Positions 1 through 13,334 of a stretch of DNA of 64,000 nt are shown here, piece after piece; position 1 is the stretch's first letter, and the number at the start of each line of letters is the position of its first letter. Made by a program: the position numbers and the translations under genes. Below the pieces are notes generated by a model. That model saw only the letters and a list, made by a program, of their open reading frames with translations, was not told the DNA's origin and searched no databases. The stretch is from Octopus sinensis (lineage: Eukaryota): NCBI RefSeq assembly GCF_006345805.1, contig NC_043001.1:75268001-75332000 (forward strand), written 5' to 3'.

Positions 1-220
1 TGGTCGTGGTCGTGGTGGTCGTGTTTGTGGTGGTGGTGGTGGTGTTGTTGTTGTTGGTGGTGGTGGGGGTGGTGAAGATGGTAGTGGTGGTGGTGGTGAT
101 GGTCGTCGTCGTCGTGGTCTTCATGATGGTGGTGGTGATGGTCATGAGCGTAGTGGTGGTGGTGGTCATGGTGGTAGTGGTGATGGTGTTGGTCGTGGTG
201 GTGGTGGTGGTGGTGGCTGA
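1..220. repeat. degenerate (GGT/GTC)n trinucleotide low-complexity tract
   Basis: Runs of gtg/ggt/gtc; this explains the poly-Val ORF 6..590. Confidence 0.9.
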
Positions 221-543
221 AGCTGTTGTCTGGGTTCTTCCAATTTTTTCGTGTGTCGGTGGTGGCGTTGGCGTTCATGCTCGCACCTGCACCTGTGTAG
301 CTCCTCCCCTTCTTCCCTCCCTCGTGAAGCTGTGGGGAAGGCAGGGTAGGGAAATCAACGTCGTAAAGCGTTGTCAAGGAGACCAGAGTTCTTTTAGAAC
401 AACGACTTCATGGCTTGAAGTCGCCAAAACAGAAATCGCTAAAAAAGCTGAAACAGATCCACAAAAACGGCAAAAACCGCCACACAGGGCAGGTTTCCTG
501 TACAAACAATTTGCACAACCGAATGTTTTAGTTGTTGCACAAA

Positions 544-940
544 TCTTTATATATAAAAGTGAAGTTGTGTGTCTGTCTCCTACGATTTAGATTCCTAACT
601 ACTCCCACATTTTGCGGTGCAGTTTAACCAAAACCGGGTATCTTATAGTCGTGATTCATATCGAGCCCTTCTGGGTATTAGCGCACGGCTACGATGAGTC
701 TACGATTTAAAAAAAAATTTACAATCATTTTTTCCATTTTAATGCATTTTTTCGCTATTATATAAGGGAAGTAACTCTCTAAAAATGTCTACGATGAGTC
801 AACGATTTAAAAGAAAAATTACCATCATTTTTATTCCATTTTTAATGCATTTTTTTGCTATTTTTTTGCTATAACTCTTTAAAAATGCTTATATAGTTAT
901 ATCCCTTACAAACCCGAGCAACGCCGGGCGATACTGCTAG
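544..940 (+). mobile_element. non-autonomous Helitron (~400 bp)
   Basis: 5' A|TCTTTATATATAAAA at 544; 3' hairpin cccg-agcaacgc-cggg (913-928) followed by CTAG (937-940)|T; A/T insertion site without TSD. Confidence 0.75.
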
Positions 941-2446
941 TTCTCTATAAATTTTGTTACCTTGTACCTAACACAAAGCGTTACTGAATTTGAAAAATGA
1001 CACTGAATGAAATTAAGCGACCTTATTCTCAGAAACGTTTGTGCTGCTTCTACAAACGCAACGATAAAATTTTTTAATTTCTAAAAGCTGATCATAAAAT
1101 TACATTGTTTCAGACAAAACGCAGAATATTTTCACAAATGCCCTTTTACAGAATTAAGAGGTTTCTAAAAACAAAGTATACATAATCGACTTTAAAAATT
1201 CTATTTGAAACAAAGTCGCAGAAATTTTGTAAAATTGTTAGAAATTTCGTTTAAATAACATATGGGAATTTCTTGTTTGCAGAAGCACCAATGTTTAAAT
1301 AGATCAATGTGTAAATTTGATCAAAAGTAATGGTAATAGATTTCCAGATATCTTAAGTCTTCGAATCTTTTATTTCAGCATCTATTTGCAGTTTTTGCTT
1401 ACTGTCTATATAACAATTATTAGTTTGCTGTCTCTGTATACGGATTATCTAATATGCTGTCTTATATATACATGATCTGGTTTATTATCTATGCAAGAAT
1501 TATCAGTTTATTTTCTATTATAAAAGCACATATATAAATACCGTTATGGTACAGAGAAGGGCTTAACTATCGCCTGATCACGACCTAGTTATTTGCAATC
1601 AGAGATTATCTACTGCAGGTTGTGTGTGTCCAAGGTGATTTACAAGATGAATTGGGAAGCACTAACTCTACATGATGAAATCAGAAACAAATACGCGGTA
1701 ACTATGCTGTGATAGTTTCTTCTTCAAGTATGAACGAGAGCGGCTTGGTGTGACACCAGGTGGTAAAAGAACCCCCTACTTTAGCCATATATGGATATAT
1801 AAATAATGGACGGATATACAAATAATGTGGTTATAACAACTGTTTGAAGCCAAATAATGAGTTGGCTTTGATTTCGTGTTTGAAAATTTCTTTGTAAAAG
1901 TCATTGAAATGTAATCTATTCTATTTTTCCTTCCTAAAAAATCTAAGTTATATAGGTTAAAAAAAAATTAGCCTATATGAATTGAGTGCGATCCTTCAGT
2001 CGGTAGAATACCTCTGGGTCAGCTTAGTAAATTTCAGTTATTAAGTGAGGTTCACGGAACAAAATGTAAGAGAATTGACTTGGTGATTTAGCTTGCTGTC
2101 TAAATAATTGTTTCTAATTTTGGCGGAAGGCCAACATTTTTGAGAAGATGACTTACAGTGACTCCTGTCATCTGTTTCATACTATAGTTTATGGATCCCA
2201 TATGGATGAAAGGCAAAGTTATTTTCAGAATGCAAAAAGGTGGGACAAATACCACAAAGCATTTTCTCTGATGCTCTCGTGATTCTGTCATATATAGGTA
2301 TTGAATTAAACACAAAAAAAACATTTTATTTTAGAACAAAAGAGAAAGTTGAATTTGAGCTCAGAACATAAGAGGAGCGGAATGCTCCTAAGCATTTTGC
2401 GCAGTTTGGGAACAGTTCTGACAGTTCGCGCCTTATAACTTGAAAT

Positions 2447-2536
2447 AATATAAAAGTAGCTTTTCTACCACCAAATATAATCAACTTCATTCAACACGTG
2501 GACCAAGAAGTTACTGCTATATTCAAATCTTACTTT
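2447..2536 (+). pseudogene. pogo/Tigger-like DDE transposase remnant
   Basis: Translates NIKVAFLPPNIINFIQHVDQEVTAIFKSYF, resembling the pogo/Tigger motif FLPPNTTSxLQPxDQGVI. Confidence 0.55.
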
Positions 2537-2722
2537 CCATGGTGCTATGCAATCAACTGATTACAGGGTTTTAGTATGTTTGCCATATAGTATTATGAAT
2601 ATTATTGAACTTTTGATTGAAGCGTACAGTGATAATAATTACATAAAATCATAATAGGAGTAAGCTTTATCCAAACAACATTGCAGACGTCTTACTGTAC
2701 TTAATATTATGTACTACAAAGA

Positions 2723-3105
2723 CGGCGAGCTAACAGAATCGTTACCATGTTTAACGGCATTTCATCCATCTTTACATTCAGAGTTCAAGTTTGATTGTAG
2801 TTTTCATCCTTTCGGGGTTGATGTAATCGACTTACCCACTTCCTCGGAATTAGTGGCCTTGTGTCAAAATTTGAAACCAGTATTAAAAACAATATAAATT
2901 ACCGCTAGCTGGCAGAATCGTTAGCACACCGACAAACTGCTTAGCAGCATTTCGCCTGTCTTTATGTTCTGAGTTCCAGTTCAACTGAGGTCGACTTTGC
3001 CTTTCAGGGTCGATAAAATAAGTACCAGTTGAACACTTGGGTTGATGTAATCGATTCAACCCTCTCAGAAATTGCTCGCTTTGTGCCAAAACTTGAATCT
3101 AATAT
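2723..3105 (+). mobile_element. two degraded tRNA-derived SINE family A copies (tail variant A2, ccttgtgccaaaatttgaa)
   Basis: Head ggcgagctggcagaatcgttagc, B-box-like gagttcaa, central ctttgcctttcatcctttcggggtcgataaa. Confidence 0.8.
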
Positions 3106-3219
3106 AATGTGCTACAACAAATCTCGACATAATTTTAATATAATACATAGCTAAAACATACTGCCTGACTTTATATAATATACTACCACAGCTTGTTGAT
3201 TTTCGCGATATAATATAAA

Positions 3220-3610
3220 GGCGGCGAGCTGGCAGAAACATTAGTACGCCGGTCGAAATGCTTAGCCGGATTTCGTCTGCCGCTACGTTCTGAGTTCAAA
3301 TTCCGCCGAGGTCGACTTTGTCTTCCATCCTTTCGGGGTCGATTAAATAAGTACCAGTTACGCACTGGGGTCAATATAATCGACTTAATCCGTTTGTCTG
3401 TCCTTGTTTGTCCTCGCTGTGTTTAGCCCCTTGTGGGTAGTAAAGAAATAGGTATTTCGCCCGTCGCTACATTCTAAGTTCAAATTCTGCCGAGGGCGAG
3501 TTTGCCTTTCAACCCGTCGAGGTCGATAAAATAAGTACCAGTTGAACACTGCAATTGATGCAATCGATTCGTCCCAACAAGCTGTCCTTGTGGCAACAAT
3601 TTGAAATAAT
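3220..3610 (+). mobile_element. SINE family A dimer (A1 full copy + 5'-truncated A2 body)
   Basis: Full head-to-tail copy ending aaagaaata (3450), fused directly to ggtatttcg of a second, more diverged copy. Confidence 0.85.
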
Positions 3611-3862
3611 TGTTATTGTAGGAAATTTCATTTCGTTAGTTGTTGCTGTGGTTACTACGTGACTGATATGTCATTTAAGAATTTTTAAGATAATAGTCAA
3701 CTGCAGACAATATTGATATTACTTATATATCTGGGAATGATAACACAGATTTTTGTTATCATTGTGAAATACTTAGCTTCAATTCTTTATTTCAGCAGAA
3801 ATATGAGACCATCTGTTTTATTTCTCAGACACCGTGAATGAGATATACACACACACACACAT

Positions 3863-3918
<56 letters not shown>

Positions 3919-3944
3919 GCACGCACGCGCGCACACACACACAA

Positions 3945-3982
<38 letters not shown>

Positions 3983-4119
3983 GCACATACACATAGCTGC
4001 AGTCTAATAATTGAAGCAAATAAAACACAAAAGATATATGAAAGAAGTTTTAGGCGTATATCATATAAGTTACTTCAGGAAATTTTAGCAGTATATTATA
4101 TAAATCAGCAATACATATA

Positions 4120-4757
4120 AGTATATTATATTGGATTGAAGTTTTGGCACAAGGTCAGCAATTTCAGGGGTGGTGGGTAAACCGATTACATTGAACCTAG
4201 TACTCCACTGGCATGTGTTTTATTGACCTTGAAAGGCTGAAAGACGAAACTGACTTCAGTGGAATCTGAACTTAGTACATAAAGACGGACAAAATGCCTC
4301 TAAGCATTATGCCCAGCATGCTAACGATTCTGTCATCTCGCCTCCTTTATATTATTTTCTTCTCTCGGCACAAGGCCCAAAATTTATTTTGGGCGAGGAG
4401 GGAGCCAGTCGATTGGATCGACTCCAGTACGCAAAATGGTACTTAATTTATCGACCTCGAAATGATGAAAGGTAAAATCGACCTCGGCGAAATTTGAATT
4501 CTGAACGTAACGGCAGACGAAATACCTTATTTTTTACTACCAACAAAGGGCTAAACACAGAGACGACAAACAAGGACAGACAAACGGATTAAGTCGATTA
4601 TATCGACGCCAGTGCGTAACTGGTACTTAATTTATCGACCCCGAAAGGATGAAAGGCAAAGTCGACCTCGGCGGAATTTGAACTCAGAACGTAACGGCAG
4701 ACAAAATACGGCTACGCATTTCGCTCGGCTTACTAACGTTTCTGCCAGTTCGCCGCC
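4120..4757 (-). mobile_element. cluster of SINE family A copies
   Basis: Reverse complement of family A head, core and tail; head ends cgccgcc at 4757. Confidence 0.85.
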
Positions 4758-5726
4758 TTATTTTCTATAATAATAATGCAATGTTAAATCCATTGTAATC
4801 TCGTAGTTAGTTCCGAAGGTCCCGACATGTTCTGTTCCTTGTAGAAGTGTTATAGTTCCTTCCTTTTTCTTCTCACTTTTTCTGTCTCTTGATCAAGGAG
4901 CACACTCTGCATGGGTGGATTTTCCTCTTTCGCGTAAAGTTTCTTAGGTCTATTTATTTACTCCTTTTTTGTTGTGGCTGTTTTTGCATCAGGTTGCATA
5001 AGATCTATGCCTTATGAAAAGTTGTACTTATTGATAAATCAATCGTTATTGAGTATTTTATTTCTGTGTAAGTATTAAAGAGTGTTCGATTTCGTTTTTA
5101 ATGTGGCTTTGATCCGTACAATTCTAATGGAAATTAGAAATAGAGCACAAATAAATGTAAACTTAATTTAACACATAAAGCCCGACGGGCCACGATCGTG
5201 GTCATCAGGCACACATCGACAGGTCACGATCATGGCTCAGATAGACGCATTTAATTTATGCAAGATGATTATTAAGAGTTTTTTTTAATATTTCTTTAAT
5301 GGCTTTGTGAAAGAAGTAATGAGAGCACGTGTGATCCATTCAAGGATATCTAAGATAAGAGAAAGGGAGATAGGAAGATATTCTCAGAGACGAGTCTAGT
5401 TGTAAATGCTTGCAACAGAGGGATCTCAAATAAGAGTTCGCAAGAGACGGGAAATAATACTACGCTAGATTAAGAATAGGTTACAGCCAGATAATTTAGG
5501 TGTTAAGAAGTTCTGATACTGCAGATTTCGTCTACAAATATTAGGGGGCCCGGGATCGAATTTAAAACAGACCTCTTAACCACAGCCGTGTTGTACCCCC
5601 TTAAATCGAAAGAAGCTGGAATAATTTTGCTACAGAAAAATGATGTGTAATATGGATTAGAGTTAATATAGAAACCTTATTTAATGGATGAATATGGTAT
5701 TACATACACTGTTGAGTTATATCAAC

Positions 5727-6050
5727 AGTCGATATAATCGACTTAATCCGTTTGTCTGTCCTTGTTTGTCCCCTCTGTCTTTAGCCCCTTGTGGGTAGTA
5801 AAGAAATAGGTATTTCATCCGTTCTTAAGTTCTGAGGTCAAATACCGCCAAGATTGACTTTGCCTTTCATCCCTTCGAAGTAGATAAAATATGTACCAGT
5901 TGACACTGGGCTCGATGTAATCGACTTACACCCTCCCTAGAAACTGCCGGAATCATGCTAAGATTTGAAGCCAGTATTAGAAACGATAAAATAGGCAACG
6001 AGCTGGCGGAGTCGTAAGCACACCGGGAAAAATGCTTAGCGATATTTCAT
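5727..6050 (+). mobile_element. SINE family A tail + body composite
   Basis: A1 tail (to ~5808) fused to ggtatttc of an older A2 copy, then a further head fragment. Confidence 0.75.
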
Positions 6051-6689
6051 CCGTACTGCTCCCTCACTCAATAATAATAATAATGGTTTCATATTTTGGT
6101 ACAAATCCATCAATTTCGGAAATTACGAAAATACCGTACTGCAACTCATTGTTTTACATTCTATAATATATTAATGCACCCTACTACTTTATATGATAGT
6201 TTTATATACCCTGGCCTATTCCACATTTTTTAGGAGGGGGTAGCCGCAAGAAATCGTATGATACTCGTTATATATAAAATTTCATAAGCAAACTCGCATA
6301 TCCCTTCATTATTAGACAGATCAAAAACGAATAAATCATGTGCTAGCGGTTATATCGACAAATGATTACTTACATGTTAATGGCATTCTCTTCTTCTGTT
6401 TGCTAAATGCTTGATCTTACTACCTACGGGATATATATGTGTACACATATATATATATACATACATATCCATGTTGTTTGAGAAATAAGACAGCTGTTTT
6501 CATATATCACTTGATAGAAAGTGAAAGTGAAGCCTTTGACAATGATAATAAAATTTGTGTTATCATTCCCGGATATCATTTATATTTTATCTTCTGCGTA
6601 TTTCAGCCATTGGGCAGCAGCCTTGAAGAATTTTAGTACCCCGGTACTTAATTTTCTTTCACCTGGTGTTTATTTGATCGATATCTTTC

Positions 6690-6915
6690 GCCGAAGTTAC
6701 GGGGTTAACAACAAATGTTATCAAGCGGTGGTGGTGGACAGTCGTAGACACAAATACACACGCACACACGTTTGGTACGCGTCTACCAAATTCACTCACA
6801 AGCCATTAGTCGGCTCGCGGCTATAGTAGAAGATACTTGCCCAAGGTGCCACTTTGTGAGACGACTAAAGCCTGAACCACGTGGTTGGAATGCAAGCTTC
6901 TTACCACACAGTCAC
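6690..6915 (-). mobile_element. SINE family B (tRNA head, CORE-like) degraded copy
   Basis: ctatagtagaagatacttgcccaaggtgccac, reverse of CORE-like ggcaccttgggcaagt. Confidence 0.75.
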
Positions 6916-6994
6916 GTTGATATAAATAATATCAATAATGGGTTGAAAGGTGTGAAATTTTACGCTGAAAAGAAATAACAAATGTGTTGATATT

Positions 6995-7190
6995 ATGCGG
7001 GCTGGCAGAATCGTTAATACAGTTGACAAAATGTCTTGCGATATTTCTTCCGACTTATTACGTTCGATCTTGCCTTTCATCCTTAAGGGGTCGATAAAAT
7101 AAGATCCAGTTGAGTACTGGGTTTGACATAATCGACTAGCCCTTCCCCACAGAACTTTTGGCCTTGTGCCAAAATTTGAAGCCAATGATA
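6995..7190 (+). mobile_element. SINE family A2 copy
   Basis: Head, core and ccttgtgccaaaatttgaagcc tail. Confidence 0.75.
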
Positions 7191-8439
7191 TGTTACCTGC
7201 ATTCGTATATTATCTAATATATTTTTAAAGGACATATGAAAGCCAGATAACAACTGTCAAAACACAATTTACTATAGGAATATATTTAATCCATTGTAAT
7301 TCAGGGATGGGTTCCTCATTCAGATACAAGCCGCCGTCAACGTTTCTCCTTTGTCTTACTTCTCACTCTTTCCGTGTTTTGACATAGAACCACAGTCAGA
7401 AATGATAAACTTGCCATTGTTATTTCTTTTCAGCGTGAAATTTCTCACCTTTCTTTCTGCTATATTTCTTTTTTCTTGTAGTTGGTTTTTATGTCTGGTT
7501 GTAGAAGAAGTATAGCCAATGAATAACGTGTACTTACTGATACAGAATTTGCTATTGAATACAGTTTGCTACAGGTGGTTTTATTATTAAAGGATAGAGA
7601 ATCTCTTCTACGTTAAACTAAGTCAATTTGAGGAATTTACATTAAAGGGTGAAACGCATACACATATATGTATTTTCTTTCTACATAAAATAAAATACGT
7701 AGAGTTTTTTTTAATTGCTTGAAACTATGCATAACACTATTTCATTCTCTTTTGAAATCGTCAAACCGGGATAACTCGAGAGACAAATAAATGAAGATAA
7801 ATTCGACATTCTACGATGTTTCTTATAAAGAGAAATTAATTTATTTATAACTTAAAAAACATATTTAATTTTTTCTCGTTCTAAATCGTCAATTGTTCAG
7901 CATTAGAGAAAAGAGAAAGAGCAGAATTTCTAGCATGCAGGTAAAAATATTTCCAGGGCAAATCTACCTTAGAAAAATAACGTTCCTAGTGTAGTTACAG
8001 TTTATGCTTTGTCTGCGAACAAGTTTCGCAGGCCCATATTGATATTTTCTATGTGCAGATAAGGAATTCTGTCATTTTATATCGTGCTATTTGTCTGGAT
8101 TAGTTAGAAGAGATTTTCTTAATGTTCATCTCACCGCAGCTCTTACCGCCAGTTTTCGTGGACAATTTTTGGAAAGCGGCCAGAGCATTTTGAACAGATG
8201 ATTTGCTTCTCGTCATTTTACTATTAAAGAGAAGAAAATCACATCCGGATTAAATAGTGATCGATTTTGTTCTAGGTGTGGCTTTGATCAAAACCATTCT
8301 AATGAATGTGTTGGTGTCTGCTCTCACTTGGGATGTGGCTAATATGACGCTAAGTCAAAAATTATACGCACTCTTGTTTCAATAATTAATTAAAACTAAA
8401 TCAGAGACTGAAGAACTACATCATTTATTGACATATTCT

Positions 8440-9595
8440 TTTTACTTTTCGATGCACTTATTCAAGCACCTCATACCATCTGAGAAAAAGGTTTTCGGCT
8501 GGTTGTGCAGTCATTTATGCACCGCTTCCTACACTTCTTTGTCTGTAGCAAATCACCAACCTCGTAAATGTTTGAACTGTCCAAAGAGGTGATACCGGAA
8601 GGGACTAGATCTACATTATGCAAATGTTCCGGCAACTTCAATCCCAATTTTTGAACAACTCCAGTGGTGTGGATGGCCGTATGTGGGTCTGCATTGCCAT
8701 AAGACTTGCTTTGACAATAGACCTCAGCGCTCGGTGCGAATCGCTGGTTTCAGTTTGTTGACCAGCATTTCACTGTAGCCTACAATAACTGTAGAACATT
8801 TTCCCAGGTAAGGTTCCAGTACAGACCCTTTTGCATCCCCAAAACCGACAGCATTACTTTTTGGCTGACGATTCCGGATGTTTCCAATCCATAATCTGCT
8901 TTTGGATTCTGGTTTAAAGTGATGAACTCAGGTCTGATCTCCTATGACAATTCTCACCAAATAATCTTCGTGGTGATTGAGGGTTGACAGCTATCCACAT
9001 AATCGCACTTATGTGCTTCGGTAAACTCTCTTGGTACCCATCTCGCATTGACTTTACGGAAGCAAAACTTGCCGTTGATTATTTCGTATGCAGAATTATG
9101 ACTGATTTTCAGAGACATTTCGTCTCATCGATGTCACTTCTATTCGTCAGAACCATCTCTCGAGCTTGTTGAATATTCACGTCAGTGCTGGAGGTTGATG
9201 GGTGTCCTGTTCCTTCTTCATGCTTTATGGTTGGCTGAACATTTTTAAGTCCTCAATCCGCTCATACACACTTCCACACAGTAAAGCGCTGGCCCCGTAT
9301 TGAATTGGAAACCTGCGATGAATTTCTGCCCCTGACACTTGTTCAGACCATAGAAATTGGATTACTGAACTTTGTTCTGTGGTGCCAGCAGAGCGTCCGT
9401 TTTTACTCTGTAACACACTTAAAAAAAATCTGGAGCGATAACAGTCAAACTTTGTTGCATAATCACAAAAGTACCACCCTTCAGCATGAAAGCACTGAAA
9501 GCAGTGTGGCAAAACTAAAGTTTTTCCCGAAAGTGTGAATAATTTTTGGCTTCCTCTCATACTTTCGCTCATTTTCCAACACCAACTGTATATAC
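8440..9595 (-). mobile_element. decayed mariner (Mos1-like) transposon
   Basis: N-terminal HTH remnant EQSSVIQFLWSEQVSGAEIHRR (ORF 9225..9773); frameshifted C-terminal DDD-domain remnant near 8460-8630. Confidence 0.75.
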
Positions 9596-9609
9596 CACCG
9601 GAACGAGGT

Positions 9610-9835
9610 GTGCCAGGCAGACACGTTAGCGCGCCGGGCGAAATGCTTAGCGGTATTTCGTCTGTCGTTACGTTCTGAGTTCGAATTCCACCGAGGTCAA
9701 CTTTGCCTTTCATCCTTTCGGGGTCGATAAATAAAGTACCAGTTTCGCACTGGGGGCGATATAATCGACTCAATCCCTTCGTCTGTCCTTGTTTGTCCCC
9801 TCTATGTTTAGCCCCTTCTGGGTAGTAAAGAAATA
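9610..9835 (+). mobile_element. SINE family A1 copy
   Basis: Head through tail ...gggtagtaaagaaata. Confidence 0.85.
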
Positions 9836-10069
9836 TATAACAATTTACTTATACTATTTATGTTTCCATCCGCCAGCCTCTCGTTAGTGATCTTTACTTT
9901 CAAATTCTCCACTTGCATGAATAGATAATGGGATTCTTTCTTCTTACAGCTATTTGTCTTGTTCATCCTTTTGTCCGTGAACTCTACTGTTCACGCGACA
10001 CTGACGTTTTTGTACATTTCTAACCGCTGACTATATTCTTTCTTTTCCCAATATCGCAATATTGATGAA

Positions 10070-10498
10070 GGCGGCGAGCTGACAGAAACGTTAGCACGCC
10101 GGGCGAAGTGCTTAGTGGTATTTCGTCTGCCGTTACGTTATGAGTTCAAATTCCGCCGAGGTCGACTCTGCCTTTCATCCTTTCGGCGTCGATAAATTTA
10201 GTACCAGTTACGCACTGGGGTCGATATAATCGACTTGATCCCTTTGTCTGTCCTTGTTTGTTCCCTTTATGTTTAGCCTCATGTGGGGAATAAAGAAATA
10301 AGAAACGTTAGCACGCCGGAGGAAATGCATTGCAGTATTTCGTTTGTCTTTACGTTCTGAGTTCAAATTCCGCCGAGGTCGACATTGCCTTTCATCGTTT
10401 CAGAGTCGATAAATTAAGCACCAGAGTCGTACTGGGGTCGATCTAATCGACTGCCTCCGCCCAAATTTCGGGCCTTGTGCCTAGAGTAGAAAAGAATA
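10070..10498 (+). mobile_element. SINE family A dimer
   Basis: Full A1 copy whose tail aaagaaata is fused to agaaacgttagc of a second copy. Confidence 0.85.
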
Positions 10499-11764
10499 TC
10501 GCAGCGTTGACATATGACAAATTTCTGCAATTTTCCTTTCTCGTTATGTAGAACCTGGTTATATTACTTTTGAGATAGTATGCATTGCACAATGACAGCA
10601 GATTCCTAGTTCTTCTATCCAACCCTGTCTTTGTTCATTCTAAGACGAAGGAGCAGAGTATCTGAACACTGTCAAGACAAGTCTATTGACTACCTCCTTA
10701 TAGTTTTGTTTGAAGCACCTTCTAAACTCCTCTCGTATACTCTTTGAAAGCTTTCTTATTGACCATTCAATTTCCTTATCATCTTTCATCATCCCGAGGT
10801 AATTTTGTCATTCATTCTCTTTCAGCGATCATGTGATAACATCTTGCGGTATTTACTCTTTGTTGAAGCAGTATACAATATTAGTTGCATCATCAATACT
10901 TTATCCATCGCAGAATTCTACCGAGTGGTATTTGTTGTTAGGCTGGTAAATTGGCATAATTGTTACAACATTGGTTCCGACATTACGTTCGACAGTATCA
11001 ATTAATGGTGCCGATGATATCGACTAACCTCGTCTCATCAAAGCCGCTAACTTTGGGCCTAAACTAGAAATCTTTAAAGCACCGAGCTGGCTGAATTGTT
11101 AGAACATCGGAAAAAATGCTTTCAAGAATTCTTTCTGGTTTCTTACATCTTCACTTCAAATCCTGCTAAAGTCAGCTTTGCCTTTCATCCCTCCGGGATG
11201 AATTGAAGTACAAGACAAATACTGGGCTCTATGGCATCCACTAACGGCTATCTATCTACAATTGCTGGTCTTGTGCCAAAATCTGAGCCTATTATTCCTT
11301 GTATTGTGCCAACCTTATCACATTCTGTGTCACGCTAAATCTCGCTGTCTGTGAAGTGCTCAGCTACTTGCAATTAATTTCACGAGCAACTGGAACACTC
11401 GTTGTTGTAACCGACGTAGTGCCAGTTTACTCTACCTCCAGATTTCAAACCTTGTGCCAATAGTGGAAGAAATTATTATTGTTGTTGTTGCTGACGGTGC
11501 AGTTTTTACTGTTTCTCCTTTTACTTTTTCTCGATTTTTTTTTTAAAACCATTTCTAACGCTATTTTCGTGCGAATTTAAGTAGAATCGTTTGATGTTAC
11601 GATTTGACTTAAGAGCATCATCTCCTGCAAGACATTATCAAACAAAGATGTTAAAAGAGATCACCTGAATTCCTTGGAGTCTTACGACTGTTAAATTTAT
11701 AACATTTCATGTTTTCATTCTTTGCTTGCTTTAGCCTTATTTGATGGTCATTTTTTCTTTTTCT

Positions 11765-11791
11765 CTTTCTCTTTTCTCTCACTCTTTTTCG

Positions 11792-11849
<58 letters not shown>

Positions 11850-11895
11850 CCATCTCTCTCCCTCTCTCCCTCCCGTTTCCCCCCTCTCTCTCTCT
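11765..11895. repeat. (TTTC)n / CT-rich microsatellite
   Basis: Direct inspection. Confidence 0.9.
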
Positions 11896-11999
11896 TACTA
11901 TTGGTCTTTCTAGATTTATAACCCTGTAAATCTTCTACATACACTCTGCTGACAAAAGATTTTAAAAAGTTTTTTTGCTTGAAGGTTTAAATGTGATTG

Positions 12000-12306
12000 A
12001 TGCTGCTGCTGCTGCTGCTGATAGTGTGTGGGTGGTGGTGATGATGGTGACGGGGGTGATAGTGAGGGTGGTGATGGTTAGGGTGTTGATGACAGCAGTG
12101 CAGGTGGTGGTGGGTTGACGATGATGGTGATGGAGTTGGTGAAGATGGTGACAATTGTATCCGTGTTTATTCTGCTGCTCCTGTTGTTTTCATCTTCTTC
12201 TTCTTCTTATCTTTTTCATCTTCTTCTTCTTCTTATCTTTTTCTTCTTCTTCTTCTTCTTCTTCTTCTTCTTCTTCTTCTTTCTTCTTCTTCTTCTTCTT
12301 CTTCTT
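12000..12306. repeat. (GCT)n, (GGT/GAT)n and (TTC)n low-complexity tract
   Basis: Direct inspection. Confidence 0.9.
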
Positions 12307-12519
12307 CCAATCAGGACTCACGCCATTAGCCACAAAGAATAATCTCTAATTCGAGCCTACTCTAAGCTACTAAGAATGCGTGCTGCAGCTTGAAGATCCA
12401 CCCGCCACACGTGATAGACTGGCAGTTGCACGGTGGCTTTTAACGGGTGGAGAGGATTCGCTATCTAGATTACGGTCTGAAAGTTTACCACACCATAGTG
12501 GTTACACCACGGTTCCTCT

Positions 12520-12712
12520 GCTTTGTGGCAGAAGTAGGAAGAAAGAGTGAGAAAGTTGTGGTGAAAGAGTACAGCGGGGTTCACCACCACCCCCTCGTGG
12601 AACTTAGGTGATTTTGCTCAATAAACACTCACAATGCCCGGTCTGTGAATCGAAACGGCATTCTTACGACCGTAAGTCCACTGCTTCAACCACTGGGCCA
12701 TTGCGCCTCCAC
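12520..12712 (-). mobile_element. tRNA-derived SINE family C
   Basis: Reverse strand reads gtggaggcgcaatggcccagtggttgaagcagtggacttacggtcgtaag...gtttcgattc (A and B boxes). Confidence 0.65.
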
Positions 12713-12854
12713 TGTTGTTGCTGCTTTTAAGAGCTAAAGAACGTAATGGGAAAGAAGCTTCACCGTTAAGTCACAGCTTTTACTTTTCTAAATATGAGAT
12801 AGGCTGTTGATAATTGTTGCATTTATTATTGCTGTTCTTGTTGTTTAAGTGAAA

Positions 12855-13190
12855 ACATGTGGCTTAGTGGTTAGGGTATTCTACTCCTGATCGTAAGGTC
12901 GTGAGTTCGATTCCCAGCCGCGCGTTGTTTCCTTGAGCAAGGCATTTTATTTCTCGTTGCTCGACTTCAGTTAGCTGGCAAAAATGAGTAGTAGTTGTAT
13001 TTCAAAGAGACGGCCTCGTGACATTCTGTGTCACACTGAATCTTCTTGAGAACTATGTGAAGAGCACGTGTGTTTGTGGAATGCTCAGCCACTTGCACGT
13101 TAATTTCAGGAGTAGGCTGTTCCGTTGATCGGATCAACTGGAACCCTCGTCGTCGTAACCGACGTACTGCCACTTTCCTGTTGTTTAGCT
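12855..13190 (+). mobile_element. tRNA-derived SINE family D
   Basis: A box tggcttagtgg, B box gagttcgattcc, CORE-like ccttgagcaaggcatttt; further copies at ~19185-19400 (-) and ~53075-53290 (+). Confidence 0.8.
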
Positions 13191-13334
13191 CCAGGCTGAT
13201 GAAGAAGGATTCATATGGCAGTATGATTATCTCACCTACTTTTTGCAGAAAGATACCAGAATCAGTGGTCCAAATTGAACTTGATACTTGACTGGAAATT
13301 TGGTTCATCAACTCAGCGAAGCTGAAACATAATC

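Noticed and set aside
6-590. 194-aa Val-rich ORF and the many Ile/Tyr, Val/Cys, His/Thr and poly-Asn/Ile ORFs across the window
   Set aside because: These are translations of microsatellites, not genes
4780-5150. Diverged repeat pair with 7280-7600, possibly LINE RNase H remnants (LQWI)
   Set aside because: Too decayed to assign with confidence
8059-8202. Possible exon after acceptor gatattttctatgtgcag (47-codon open frame)
   Set aside because: No good donor, no recognisable homology, and it lies among LINE relics
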